In this document: one piece after another, positions 9,713 to 19,646 of the stretch
How positions within the stretch are numbered: position 1 is the stretch's first letter
Layout: each line of letters starts with the position of its first letter
Assembly: GCA_033764015.1 (NCBI GenBank)
Contig: JANRJK010000039.1
Location: forward strand, 45,834 to 109,833
Length of the DNA: 64,000 nucleotides
DNA from: Candidatus Sumerlaeia bacterium
Lineage (GTDB): Bacteria; Sumerlaeota; Sumerlaeia; SLMS01; JANRJK01
Direction: 5' to 3'
Program-made: the position numbers and the translations under genes
Notes under the pieces: generated by a model
Databases searched by the model: none
The model's input: only the letters and a program-made list of their open reading frames with translations
Told to the model about the DNA's origin: nothing

Positions 9713-10759
9713 CTACTTCGCGCGGAACGCTTCCTTGAGCGACCGCTTGTAGGGGGGGCGCAACACGCCCGCCTCGGTCACGATCGCCGAAACGTACTTC
9801 GCCGGCGTGACGTCGAAGGCGGGGGAGAAAACGCGCACCCCCTTCGGCGCCACGCGCGTGCCGCCGAAGCTGGTGACCTCCTCCGCGCCGCGCTCCTCCA
9901 CGGGGATTCCGGATCCGTCCCCCGTCGAGAGGTCCACGGTGCTAAGCGGCGCGGCGACGTAGAGCGGCACCTTGAAGTGCGCGGCCAGGATCGCCAGCGG
10001 CATCGTGCCCACTTTGTTCGCCGTGTCGCCGTTCGCCGCGATCCGGTCCGCGCCGACCACGACCGCCTGCACGCGCCCCTGCGAGAGCACCGTCGCCGCC
10101 ATCGAGTCGGTGATGAGCACCGTGTCGATGCCCGCCTGCGCCAGCTCCCAAGCGGTGAGGCGCGCGCCCTGCAGGAGCGGACGCGTCTCGTCCGCGTACA
10201 CCGTGAAGCGGCGCTTCTTCGCGGCCTCGTAGATCAGTGCCAGTGCGGTGCCCATGCCGCCGGTGGCGAGCGCGCCCGCGTTGCAGTGCGTGAGCACGCC
10301 GTCCACTCCGTCGAGCAGCGGCGCTCCGTGGCGGCCGATCGCGGCGCAGGTGGCCCGGTCCGACTCGTGGATCGCAAGCGCCTCCGCCAGCGTGGCGGCG
10401 AGCACCTCCTCCGCCGTCGCCGCGTCCGGCAGCCCCCGCACCATCGCGCGGCAGCGGTCCAGCGCCCAGAACAGGTTCACCGCCGTCGGCCGCGAGGTGG
10501 CGAGGTAGTCCGCCGCGCGGAGAGCGACCCGCACCGCCTGCGCCCCGCTCCCGGGCTTCGCCGCCCGGACGGCGAGGAACACGCCGTAGCCCGCCGCGAC
10601 TCCGATCGCCGGCGCGCCGCGGACGCGCAGCTTCTTGATCGCCTCCCACATCGCCTTCTCGTCCTTGATGGCGAGGAAGCGCGTCTTCCCCGGCAGCAGC
10701 GTCTGGTCGATGATGCGCACGTCGCGCCCGGTCCACTCGATCGTTTCGACAGGAGGCAT
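9713..10759 (-). CDS. mtnA: S-methyl-5-thioribose-1-phosphate isomerase
   Basis: IDQTLLP, VRGAPAIG, SRPTAVNL, THCNAGALAT, ETRPLLQGARLTAWEL, GADRIAANGDTANK. Confidence 0.96.
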   Translation of the reverse strand: MPPVETIEWTGRDVRIIDQTLLPGKTRFLAIKDEKAMWEAIKKLRVRGAPAIGVAAGYGVFLAVRAAKPGSGAQAVRVALRAADYLATSRPTAVNLFWALDRCRAMVRGLPDAATAEEVLAATLAEALAIHESDRATCAAIGRHGAPLLDGVDGVLTHCNAGALATGGMGTALALIYEAAKKRRFTVYADETRPLLQGARLTAWELAQAGIDTVLITDSMAATVLSQGRVQAVVVGADRIAANGDTANKVGTMPLAILAAHFKVPLYVAAPLSTVDLSTGDGSGIPVEERGAEEVTSFGGTRVAPKGVRVFSPAFDVTPAKYVSAIVTEAGVLRPPYKRSLKEAFRAK

Positions 10760-10781
10760 GTCGCCTGCTCCTAGCGGATGA

Positions 10782-10794
10782 TTGACTTAGTCAA
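10782..10794. promoter_or_regulatory. Perfect palindrome TTGACT-T-AGTCAA upstream of mtnA, candidate operator
   Basis: AT-rich 6-1-6 inverted repeat in the short spacer just upstream of the mtnA RBS (AGGAG). Confidence 0.45.
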
Positions 10795-10801
10795 GAGAGC
10801 A

Positions 10802-13800
10802 CTACTCGAGGCGCCAACCGGTCGGGGCGAGCGCCGCGCGGACCACCTCCGACGCGTCGACCACAAGCGCACGCCCGTCCTGCAGGCCGGCGACGAGCGT
10901 GCCGTCCGAAGCGGCCAGCGCTCGGATGTAGCGGAAGCCGTTCGCCGCCGGCGGCGGCTCCCAGCAACCCACGTGGCGGACCGTCCCCGATGGGGGCACG
11001 TGGTAGAAGTGCACCGCGTAGACGCCGTCCGCGACCGCGAGCACCTCCGGCGCCAACCACGCGACCGCCGACGCGTCGACCAGTTCCTCCGCCAGCGGGG
11101 CATAGTCCAGGGGCCGGCCATCCTCCGCAAGGTCCACCACCACCGCGCCACGGTTGCGCCGCGCGAAGGCGAGACGCCGCGAGCCCGGCTCGATGTCGCC
11201 CCAAGCCTTGAGTCGCGGAATCTCGAGGCGCTCGTGGTCTTCCTGCGACAGCGAATCCGCGGGAACGTAGTCGAGCCCGAAGTCCTCCACCGCGACCAGC
11301 ACCGCGCCGTCGGCGAACGGGCCGAATACGTCCTGGAAGGTGCCCTCCGGCGCGAGGTACGCGGCCTCGCGCGCGAAGCCCTCCGGGCCGAGCGACAGCC
11401 GCCGCAGGCCGAGCTCGCGCGTCGTCACCCACCAGCGTTCGCCGTCCGCGAGCGCGTCCAACGCGCCTCCGGTGAAGGCGTAGAACTCCGCCGTGGGGGC
11501 GGACTCGAACTCGGCGGGGGAGTGGAATCGCAGGCCCGTCATGGTGCTGGTGCCGACGATGCCGCCGTTGGCGAAGAACCACTGCGAGGCGGCGTATCTG
11601 GTCGGCCCGGTGAACTGCCGCACGGCGCCGCCGTCCAGCAGCTCGAACACGCGCGGTGGAATCTGGTCCAGGTCGGTCAGCGCGCTCACCGCGACCAGCC
11701 GCCGCGCTGTATCGTACTCGATACGTTCGGGCCAAGTCGGCGATCCGAACGGCGCGCGCACGGGGACTGTGTGGGTGACTGGAAGGTCGAATTCGCACGG
11801 CTGGGCGCCCGCGTCCGTCTCGACCGACTCGACCGCAAGCAGGCCGCCTTCGCCGAAGTCCACGAGCGCGAATTCGCCGGGCGGCAACTCGATCCGCCAA
11901 CGCCCTCCCCCGAGCCCGCTAGCTACCCGCCCGCCGACCAGGTCGCGCGGGGGCGCGAACCAATCGCTATCCGCGGTGAACTCCACCGCGACGCTCCGGT
12001 CGCCATCCGCGTTGACGAACCACGCGTAACTCCCGTCGGCGTCGGACGTGCGCGAGGCGATCAGCGGGCGCGGGACACCCGCCACTCGCGTTGGGAGGGC
12101 CAGCGACTGCAGTAACGGACCGAGCCGGTCCGTCATCTTATGGAACTCGACGAAGGGCGCCGCGACGGAGGTCCGCTCGAGGTCGAAGTCGCGGATCCCC
12201 TCGCGCCCGAAGATCGACGTCCACGTGAACGACAGCGTTCCCTTGATCCCCGCCGCGAGCCCCGCGCCGAGGTGCGCCCGGATCGCGGAGGGCTTCACCG
12301 CGCGGATGTGCTGCTGCTCCAGGGAGACGAAAGCCTGCGGCGTGAGCCAGAGGTCCTTGCCCGCCGCCGCGGCGGCCGCCGCGTAGCCCTCCAACTCGTC
12401 CTGGAAATCGAACAGGATGTCCGGGTCCGGCATCTGGATTCCGCTGTCGTACGGGTAGAGGTCGACGATGTGGACGGGCGAGTCGATGAGCGACAAATCC
12501 GCCGCGTCGATGTAGGCGGGCGCGTGGATGGCGAACGCGTTCTTGAGCACTGGGTCCTGCGCGGCCGCGAGCTGCACCCGCCGCAGACGCCGGAACGCCC
12601 GGTCCCCGAAAGGCTCGTCCACCGCGTAAATGCCCATGAAGTGGGGCGAGCCCGAGACCGGGGCCGCGAGCGCGCGCGCCTCCGACGTGTACCACTCGGA
12701 CGAAAACGAGTCGTCGTAGAGCCGGTTCGAGAACAACCGGGTGATGTCGTCCATGGATAGCAGGAACGGGAACGACTCCGCGTCGACGGCTTCGCGCACT
12801 TCGGCGAGCTGGTCCGCGCGCACGATCAGCATCCCGAAGTCGAAGCCGTCCTCCTTCGCCGCGCGGATCGCCCGCGTGATGTAGCCGGGCTCGTCGGTGG
12901 CGAGGAACCACATGAACGCGCCGTTCGGGAAGTCTCCGAGCCGGAACGGCGGGGGAGCGGCGGTCCCCGCGGGCGCCTCGACGATGGCGACGGGGGCTTC
13001 CAGCGTGAACGGATCGAAGCCGGTCCCTTCGAGCCGCGCGCGGATCGTCCAGCTCCCGGCGCCGGGGGCCTCCGCCACGGGCAGGCGCGCCCGCAGTGTG
13101 GTTCCGAGCGCCTCCGCGGCGAGCGGCCTCGCTACGCCGCGCGCCGCGTCGACCAGCTCGAGCGTCCCCGTCGTCAGGAGGCCGGGTAGCGCCGCGGTCA
13201 CCACCAGGTCGTCGTCCGGGCTCGTGCTGCCGACGGTCCACTCGGAGGGCTCGACCAGCAGGAATCCGCGCGCGAGCGCCTCAATCTCCGCCGCGCCGGA
13301 GAGCGCCTCGATCCGCAGCTCCGAAAGTCCCGAGACATTCCGCGGCGTCGGGTCGAAGGCGAGTACCCGCTGGGTCGGGACACCTCCCCCGGGGATCGTC
13401 GCCGTTGCGGAGCGCGGCGCATCGGCGTCCGCGCTCGATCGCCGCAGCGGCGTCGCCGTTGCGACTATCTCCGAACCATCCGCGGAGGTCGCGCGGAGGA
13501 GGGTGAAGTAGCGCTCGAACAGCCGCCCCTGCACCACGGTCGCCGTCGCGGACGAACCCGCCGCGAGCTCGAGCCTGCCGCCTTCCAACGCGGCACCGCC
13601 CGCGAGCGCCCAGCGCTCCCCGTCGAATGGCGGCGCGCCCTCGCGCAGCAACTCGAGGTTGTCGTATCGGACGAACGTGCGCGAGTAGCGCGACGCGGGG
13701 AAGAGCTGCGCCGTCGAGGATCCCTCGGGCATCCGGTGCAAAGTCCAGAAGTCGCCCCAGCCGCCTGTTTCCGTGCGCATGATGACCGATGCGTCGAACG

Positions 13801-14242
13801 TCGGCCAGTCGATGAACTGCAGGAGCGGGGAGTAGTGCTCGAAGTGGATCCGCACCGTCTCGAAGTCGAATTCGCTCCATGCCTTGCCGCGCACCACGGC
13901 GTGCTGGAAGGGATCCGCCGGCGTCACCAGGTCCTGGTACCAGCCATGGAGGCGCTGCGAGCGGATCGAATTCGAGCCCTCGAAGGCGGTGGCCGGGTCG
14001 GTGTCGAACACCGCGAGGCGGAACTGGCTCCAGCCCGCAGGCAGCCCCGCCGTCGTCAGCGCCTCGAAGCCCGGGTTGACGATTTCGGGATTCGCGAGGA
14101 ACCGCGGCTTCGGCATCGGATTGTTGCGCAGCGCGGCCACCGTGGAGCGCAACCGGTCCCACCCCTCCTCTCCGGCCGGAGGCTCCTGCGCCGGAACGGA
14201 GCCCGCGAGCAGCGCCGCGCACAGCTGCAGCGCGCGCCTCAC
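10802..14242 (-). CDS. Large secreted multidomain protein: CBM4/9-like domain, putative glycoside-hydrolase TIM barrel, C-terminal beta-propeller, tail …LAPTGWRLE
   Basis: GTG start overlaps nth stop (GTGA); signal peptide. IVNPGFE…PAGW…AFEGSNS (CBM-like). GIYAVDEP, VDLYPY, LWLTPQAF, GIKGTLSFTW (clan-A-like barrel). AVADG…VHFY / ALVVDAS blades. Confidence 0.72.
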   Translation of the reverse strand: MRRALQLCAALLAGSVPAQEPPAGEEGWDRLRSTVAALRNNPMPKPRFLANPEIVNPGFEALTTAGLPAGWSQFRLAVFDTDPATAFEGSNSIRSQRLHGWYQDLVTPADPFQHAVVRGKAWSEFDFETVRIHFEHYSPLLQFIDWPTFDASVIMRTETGGWGDFWTLHRMPEGSSTAQLFPASRYSRTFVRYDNLELLREGAPPFDGERWALAGGAALEGGRLELAAGSSATATVVQGRLFERYFTLLRATSADGSEIVATATPLRRSSADADAPRSATATIPGGGVPTQRVLAFDPTPRNVSGLSELRIEALSGAAEIEALARGFLLVEPSEWTVGSTSPDDDLVVTAALPGLLTTGTLELVDAARGVARPLAAEALGTTLRARLPVAEAPGAGSWTIRARLEGTGFDPFTLEAPVAIVEAPAGTAAPPPFRLGDFPNGAFMWFLATDEPGYITRAIRAAKEDGFDFGMLIVRADQLAEVREAVDAESFPFLLSMDDITRLFSNRLYDDSFSSEWYTSEARALAAPVSGSPHFMGIYAVDEPFGDRAFRRLRRVQLAAAQDPVLKNAFAIHAPAYIDAADLSLIDSPVHIVDLYPYDSGIQMPDPDILFDFQDELEGYAAAAAAAGKDLWLTPQAFVSLEQQHIRAVKPSAIRAHLGAGLAAGIKGTLSFTWTSIFGREGIRDFDLERTSVAAPFVEFHKMTDRLGPLLQSLALPTRVAGVPRPLIASRTSDADGSYAWFVNADGDRSVAVEFTADSDWFAPPRDLVGGRVASGLGGGRWRIELPPGEFALVDFGEGGLLAVESVETDAGAQPCEFDLPVTHTVPVRAPFGSPTWPERIEYDTARRLVAVSALTDLDQIPPRVFELLDGGAVRQFTGPTRYAASQWFFANGGIVGTSTMTGLRFHSPAEFESAPTAEFYAFTGGALDALADGERWWVTTRELGLRRLSLGPEGFAREAAYLAPEGTFQDVFGPFADGAVLVAVEDFGLDYVPADSLSQEDHERLEIPRLKAWGDIEPGSRRLAFARRNRGAVVVDLAEDGRPLDYAPLAEELVDASAVAWLAPEVLAVADGVYAVHFYHVPPSGTVRHVGCWEPPPAANGFRYIRALAASDGTLVAGLQDGRALVVDASEVVRAALAPTGWRLE

Positions 14243-14967
14243 GCGGATTCCCTCGATGGGCAGAGCCCGCCCAGCGGGCACTCGCCGCAGGCGGGCTTCC
14301 GCGCCTTGCACGTCCTGCGCCCGTGGAGGATCACCGCGTGGCTGAAATGCGAGTAGCGCTCCGGCGCGAGCAGCGCCGCCACGTCGAACTCGATCTTCTC
14401 CGGATCGTCCTCCTTCGTCAGGCCGAGGCGGTGCGAGATGCGTGTGAAGTGCGTGTCCACCGTGATCGCCGGCATCCCGAAGGCGTTCGCGCGCACCACG
14501 TTCGCCGTTTTGCGGGCGACGCCGCGTAGCGTCAGCAGCTCCTCCATCGCGGCGGGCACGCGGCCGCCGAAGCGCTCCTCGACGCCGCGCGCCATCTCGC
14601 GGATCGCCTTCGCCTTGTTGTTGAAGAAGCCTGTGCTGTGGATCGCCTCCTCCAACTCCCCCGGAGGCGACTCCGCGAAAGCGCGCGGCGACGGGTATCT
14701 CTTGAAAAGGCCGGGCGTGACCATGTTCACGCGCTCGTCGGTGCACTGCGCGGAGAGGATCGTCGCGACCACCAGCTCGAAGGCGTTCGAGTAGTGCAGC
14801 GCGCAGGTGGCGTCGGGGAACTCGCGGAGCAGGACATCCGCCACGGCGCCGGCGCGCTCCACCAGCGGCCTGCGCGGCTTGCGCTCGGCGATGGCCCCGC
14901 GCAGCCGCGCGTCCAGCTCCGGCCAGCGGGGCGACGAGGCCTGCGGGGGAGCCTTACGCGCCGGCAC
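14239..14967 (-). CDS. nth: Endonuclease III
   Basis: ATILSAQCTDERVN, HhH GVARKTANVV, VDTH, CX6CX2CX5C Fe-S motif. Confidence 0.96.
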   Translation of the reverse strand: MPARKAPPQASSPRWPELDARLRGAIAERKPRRPLVERAGAVADVLLREFPDATCALHYSNAFELVVATILSAQCTDERVNMVTPGLFKRYPSPRAFAESPPGELEEAIHSTGFFNNKAKAIREMARGVEERFGGRVPAAMEELLTLRGVARKTANVVRANAFGMPAITVDTHFTRISHRLGLTKEDDPEKIEFDVAALLAPERYSHFSHAVILHGRRTCKARKPACGECPLGGLCPSRESA

Positions 14968-16702
14968 GGGCCGCCCTCCGGGCTCGCGCGAACGAGAGGA
15001 AGCCTTCCGCGGAGAGGCAGTTCAGGCAGCGCTCGCGCGTCAGCCACCCCTTCCGGCCCTGCGCGATGGCGAAGTTGACGTTCTCGAGCCCCGCCACTGT
15101 GTGCGCGTCCGCCGTCACCGCGATCCACACGCCCTCGTCGAGCGCGAACTTCACCAGCGTCCAGTCCAGCTCGAGCCGGTGCGGATCGCCGTTGATCTCG
15201 ATCGCGACGCCTTCGCGCGCGCAGGCGCGGATCACCTCGCGCTCGTCGCACTTGATCCCGTCGCGCTTCAGGAGCAGGCGCCCCGTCATGTGCCCCACCA
15301 CGGTCAGGAACGGATTCGCGGCCGCCGCGACGAGGCGCGCCGTCTGCTCCTCCGGCGAGAGCTGGAAGTGCTGGTGGATCGAGCCCACGATGAAGTCGAA
15401 GCGCGCGAGCGTCTCCTCGTCGTAGTCGAGGCGCCCGTCCGCGAGGATGTCGCTCTCGATGCCCTTCAGCAGCCGCACGCCGCGACCCTCCCCGTTGATG
15501 CGGTCGATCTCCGCGTGCTGGGCGGCGACGCGGTCGGGCTTCAGGCCGCCGGCGTAGAAGGCCGTCTGCGAATGGTCCGTGATGCCCATCCACTCGACCC
15601 CCGCGGCGCGCGCCCACGTGGCGTAGTCCTCCAGCTTCGGCGCGCCGTCGCTCCAGTTCGTGTGCATGTGGAGCATCCCGCGCACGTCGCCCCGTTCGAG
15701 CAGGCGGGGAAAGTCCGCCGCCGCCGCGTGCTCGATCTCGCCGCGGTCCTCGCGCAGCTCCGGCGGGACGAAGCGGAGGCCGAGGTGGGCGAAGACCGCC
15801 GCCTCGTCCGCCGCGGGAAGCGGCGCAGACCCGTCCTCCGGGTGCAGGCCGTACTCGTTCATGCGCAGGCCGCGGTCCTTCGCCAGCCGGCGCATCGCCG
15901 TGTTGTGCTCCTTGCTGCCCGTGAAGTGGTGCAGCGCGTAGGGGAACTGCGCGGGGGGGACGCAGCGCAGGTCCGCCTGGAGTCCCGACTCGAGGACGAT
16001 GGAGGACTTCGCCTCGCCGTGCCCGAGCACGCGCTGCCGGTCCGGATAGTTGACAAAGGCAAGCATCACCGCGGCGGGGTCTTCCGTCTCCGCGACGAAG
16101 TCGAGGTCCTTGACCGTTTCGCGCCAGCGCCGCAGCGAACCGGCCACCTCCGCGCGCGAGACCGCCTTGAGCCCGCGCAGGTAGCGCAGCACCGGATTCG
16201 CCGCGGCCCAGGCGCGGTCGAGCCGGACGCGCCCGTGGTTGGCGCGGAGCTGCGCGATCGAAAGCAGGAGGTTCTCCACGGTCTTCTTGCCGAAGCCCCG
16301 CAGCTCCGCGAGCCGCCCGTCCTTCGCCGCCTCCTCCAGGCCGTCCAGCGTCGTCACGCCGAGCTCCTGCCAAACCGACCGGATCTTCTTCGGGCCGAAG
16401 CCGTTGATCTTCGACAGTTCGACGAGCGTCGCGGGAACGCGCAGCCGCAGCTCGTCCAATTCGGCGATGGCGCCGGTGCGCAGGTACTCGTCGATCTTCT
16501 CGGCCAACCCCTTGCCGACGCCGTCGATCTCCGTCAGGCGCCCCTCCGCGGCGAGCGCGCGCAAGTCGCCTTCGAACTCCGCCACGGCGCGCGAGCCCTT
16601 CTCGTGGGCGGCCACCTTGAAGGAGTTCGCGCCGTCGAGCTCCAGCAGCGCGGCCATCTCGCCGAGCCTCTTCGCCAGCATCAACACGTTCGCGTCCGCC
16701 AC
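14954..16702 (-). CDS. polX: DNA polymerase X with PHP 3'-5' exonuclease domain
   Basis: AGSLRR..ETVKDLD, DLR, FTGSKEHN, NEYGL; PHP motifs HMHTNWSDG, ITDHS, GHMTGR, DAH. Confidence 0.95.
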   Translation of the reverse strand: MADANVLMLAKRLGEMAALLELDGANSFKVAAHEKGSRAVAEFEGDLRALAAEGRLTEIDGVGKGLAEKIDEYLRTGAIAELDELRLRVPATLVELSKINGFGPKKIRSVWQELGVTTLDGLEEAAKDGRLAELRGFGKKTVENLLLSIAQLRANHGRVRLDRAWAAANPVLRYLRGLKAVSRAEVAGSLRRWRETVKDLDFVAETEDPAAVMLAFVNYPDRQRVLGHGEAKSSIVLESGLQADLRCVPPAQFPYALHHFTGSKEHNTAMRRLAKDRGLRMNEYGLHPEDGSAPLPAADEAAVFAHLGLRFVPPELREDRGEIEHAAAADFPRLLERGDVRGMLHMHTNWSDGAPKLEDYATWARAAGVEWMGITDHSQTAFYAGGLKPDRVAAQHAEIDRINGEGRGVRLLKGIESDILADGRLDYDEETLARFDFIVGSIHQHFQLSPEEQTARLVAAAANPFLTVVGHMTGRLLLKRDGIKCDEREVIRACAREGVAIEINGDPHRLELDWTLVKFALDEGVWIAVTADAHTVAGLENVNFAIAQGRKGWLTRERCLNCLSAEGFLSFARARRAARAGA

Positions 16703-16706
16703 CGCC

Positions 16707-19568
16707 TCAGACCTTTCCGCCGCGCGCCGCTTGCAGGAGGTAGCGCCCCGTCACGCTTTCCGGCACCGCCGCCACCTGCTCCGGCGTGCCCTCGGCGACC
16801 ACGCGGCCGCCGAACTTGCCGCCGCCCGGGCCCATGTCCACGATGTAGTCGGCGCGGCGAAGGAACTCAAGGTGATGCTCGATCACCAGCAGCGAAAAAC
16901 CGCTCTCCAGCAGCCGGTCGAACACTTCCAGCAGCGTCTCCAGGTCCGACGGGTGGAGCCCCGTGGTCGGCTCGTCGAAGAGCAGCAGCGTGCCGCGCTG
17001 CTTCTCCGCCGCCGCCAGGTGCCCTGCGATCTTCAGCCGCTGCGCCTCGCCCCCGGAAAGCGTCGAGGTGCTCTGCCCGAGCCGCAGGTAGCCGAGCCCA
17101 ACGTCGGCGAGTGGCTTCAACCCCGCCTCGATCTTGCGGTCGCCGGCGAAGAACGCGAGCGCCTCGCGCACCGTCATCGCGAGGATCTCGTTCACGTTCT
17201 TCTCCTTCCATCGGATGTCGAGCACGCGTTCCTGGAAGCGGGCGCCGTCGCACTTCTCGCAGGTCACCTCGACGTCCGCGAGGAACAGCATCTCCACCGT
17301 CTGCGTGCCGGTGCCTTCGCAGGTTTCGCAGCGCCCGCCGGGCACGTTGAAGGAGAAGTCGCCCGGCTTGAGCCCGCGCGCCTTCGCTTCGCGCGTCGCG
17401 GCGAGCAGCGCGCGGATCTGGTCGTACGCCTTCAGGTACGTCGCCGCGTTGCTGCGGGTGCTGCGGGAGAGCGGCGACTGGTCGACAAGCACCATGTCGG
17501 CGACCCGGTCCAGTCCCGCGATGCGGGCCACGCGTCCCGTCTCCACGTCCGTGTCGCCCCGCTCGCGGCGGTAGTTGCCGTAGAGGCAGGCCTTGAGCAG
17601 CGTCGACTTCCCGCTCCCGCTCACGCCGGAGAGGCACCCGAGCACGCCGAGCGGCAGCCGGACCGTCAGGTTGCGGAGATTGTTCTCCTCCGCCCCCTCC
17701 ACCGTGATCCAGCCGGTCGGCTTGCGGCGCCCGTGCGCGTCCTCCGCGGCGGCGTCCTTGGCCGGCTTGCCGCGCCGGCGACCCGCGAGTCCCGCGTCCA
17801 GGTACTTCGCCGTGACCGATTCGCCCGGCGAGGCGAGCAGGGCCTTCGGCGTGCCTTGGAACAGGAGGCGCCCGCCGCGTTCGCCCGCCTCCGGGCCGAT
17901 GTCCAGCAGCCAGTCCGCCTCGCGCATCACTTCGAGGTCGTGCTCCACCAGCACCACCGTATTGCCGAGCTCCACCAGCGAGCGGAGGATGCGCACCAGC
18001 CGGTCTGTGTCCACCGGGTGCAGGCCGACCGTCGGCTCGTCGAGCACGTAGAGCGTCTCCGTGAGCGCGCTGCCGAGCGCCGTGGCGAGGTTGATTCGCT
18101 GCGCCTCGCCGCCGCTCAGCGTGCGGGTCGCGCGCGCCAGCGTCAGGTACGAGAGGCCGACCTCGTTGAGGTACGCCAGCCGCGCGCGCACCGCGGAAAG
18201 CGGCCGCTCGAGCGCTTCCTCCGCCGCCGCCGGCAGCTTGAGCGAGCCGAACCAGTCGGCGAGGTCCCCGACGCTCATCGAGCACAGGTCGCCGAAGCCC
18301 GCCCCGCCGAAGCGCACCGCGCGCCCCGCCGCCCCGATGCGCGCGCCGCCGCAGGAGCCGCACGGCTCGAAGGAGCGGTAGCGCGCGATCATGATCCGCG
18401 ACTGGACCTTGTAGCGCGTCTCCTCCAGCCACTTGAAGTAGCCCGACACGCCCGGCCACTTCCCCTTGCCGAACTTGATGATCGACTGCTGCTCCGGCGG
18501 AAGGTCGCGGAACGGCGCCTTCGCGGCGATCTTGAACTCCTTGCCGTTGAAGCGCGCGAAGTAGTCGTACATCTCGCGCCCCGTCTCGCCGTTCCAGCAC
18601 GCGATGCAGCCGTCGTCGATCGACAGCGACGGGTTCGGAATCACCTTCCCCCAGTCGATGCCGGTGATGCGTCCGAATCCTTGGCACTCGGGGCAGGCGC
18701 CGAGCGGGTTGTTGAAGTTGAAGAGCGTCGGCTCCGGTTCGCGGTACGCGGCGCCGCAGGCGTTGCACGCGAAGGCGCGGTTGAAGTCGAGGCGCGCCCC
18801 GCCGTCGATGACCGCGGCGCAGCGGCCGCCCGCGAGCTGGAACGCCGCCTCGACCGCCGTGGCGAGACGCGAGCGCGAGGAGTCCTTCGCCACCACGCGG
18901 TCGATCACCACGTCCACCGTCTCGAGCGCGTCGATGCGGGATGCGTCCAGCTCGTCCAGCTCCGTCGCGGCGCCGTCGATCCACACGCGGTCGTAGCCCT
19001 GCCGCCGAAGCTTCGCGGAGGCCGTCTCCGCGCCGCCGCCCTGCCGCATCGCCACCGGCGCCAGCACGACGAGTTTGGCCCCCTCCCCGCGCGCAAGGAG
19101 CGCGTCGCACGCGGACTGTGGCGAATCGGCTCGGACTCGGGTGCCGCAGTTGGCGCAGAACACCTCGCCCGCCCGCCCGAACAGCAGGCGCAGGTAGTCG
19201 TTGATCTCCGTCGCCGTGCCGACCGTCGAGCGCGCGTTGCGCACGGTGTTCTTCTGCTCGAGCGCGATCGCGGGCGGGATGTGGTCGATCGAGTCGGCGT
19301 CGGGGCGCGCCATGCGGGCGAGGAACTGGCGCGCGTAGGTGGAGAGCGACTCGACGTACCGTCGCTGGCCCTCTGCATAGAGCGTGTCGAAGGCGAGGGA
19401 GGACTTGCCGGAGCCCGAGACGCCGGTGACGACCGTCAGCCGCCCGGCGGGGATGTCGCAGTCGATCCCCTTCAGGTTGTGGGTGCGCACGCCGCGCAGC
19501 GTGATCGGCGGCGCTTCGGGTTGCGGGGGCGGCGTCGGCTTGCGGGTGCGTGCCGCTTTCGTCGTCAT
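16707..19568 (-). CDS. uvrA: Excinuclease ABC subunit UvrA (possibly a second, divergent paralog)
   Basis: Two Walker A motifs (GVSGSGKSS/T), two LSGGEAQR signatures, zinc fingers, DEPT motifs. Confidence 0.95.
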   Translation of the reverse strand: MTTKAARTRKPTPPPQPEAPPITLRGVRTHNLKGIDCDIPAGRLTVVTGVSGSGKSSLAFDTLYAEGQRRYVESLSTYARQFLARMARPDADSIDHIPPAIALEQKNTVRNARSTVGTATEINDYLRLLFGRAGEVFCANCGTRVRADSPQSACDALLARGEGAKLVVLAPVAMRQGGGAETASAKLRRQGYDRVWIDGAATELDELDASRIDALETVDVVIDRVVAKDSSRSRLATAVEAAFQLAGGRCAAVIDGGARLDFNRAFACNACGAAYREPEPTLFNFNNPLGACPECQGFGRITGIDWGKVIPNPSLSIDDGCIACWNGETGREMYDYFARFNGKEFKIAAKAPFRDLPPEQQSIIKFGKGKWPGVSGYFKWLEETRYKVQSRIMIARYRSFEPCGSCGGARIGAAGRAVRFGGAGFGDLCSMSVGDLADWFGSLKLPAAAEEALERPLSAVRARLAYLNEVGLSYLTLARATRTLSGGEAQRINLATALGSALTETLYVLDEPTVGLHPVDTDRLVRILRSLVELGNTVVLVEHDLEVMREADWLLDIGPEAGERGGRLLFQGTPKALLASPGESVTAKYLDAGLAGRRRGKPAKDAAAEDAHGRRKPTGWITVEGAEENNLRNLTVRLPLGVLGCLSGVSGSGKSTLLKACLYGNYRRERGDTDVETGRVARIAGLDRVADMVLVDQSPLSRSTRSNAATYLKAYDQIRALLAATREAKARGLKPGDFSFNVPGGRCETCEGTGTQTVEMLFLADVEVTCEKCDGARFQERVLDIRWKEKNVNEILAMTVREALAFFAGDRKIEAGLKPLADVGLGYLRLGQSTSTLSGGEAQRLKIAGHLAAAEKQRGTLLLFDEPTTGLHPSDLETLLEVFDRLLESGFSLLVIEHHLEFLRRADYIVDMGPGGGKFGGRVVAEGTPEQVAAVPESVTGRYLLQAARGGKV

Positions 19569-19646
19569 GGTGGCTGCGGTCCGGCGGGGTGGCTGAATGC
19601 ACGGCGCCGGTCGGGGAGGCGCATCCCGTGCCGGACCGCGCGCGGG

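Noticed and set aside
10802..14746. Long N-terminal extensions in the ORF track (also 1453-3708, 45699-48947, 47525-50251, 39779-42175)
   Set aside because: The extensions overlap well-supported upstream genes in other frames; true starts are at signal peptides or stop/start overlaps.
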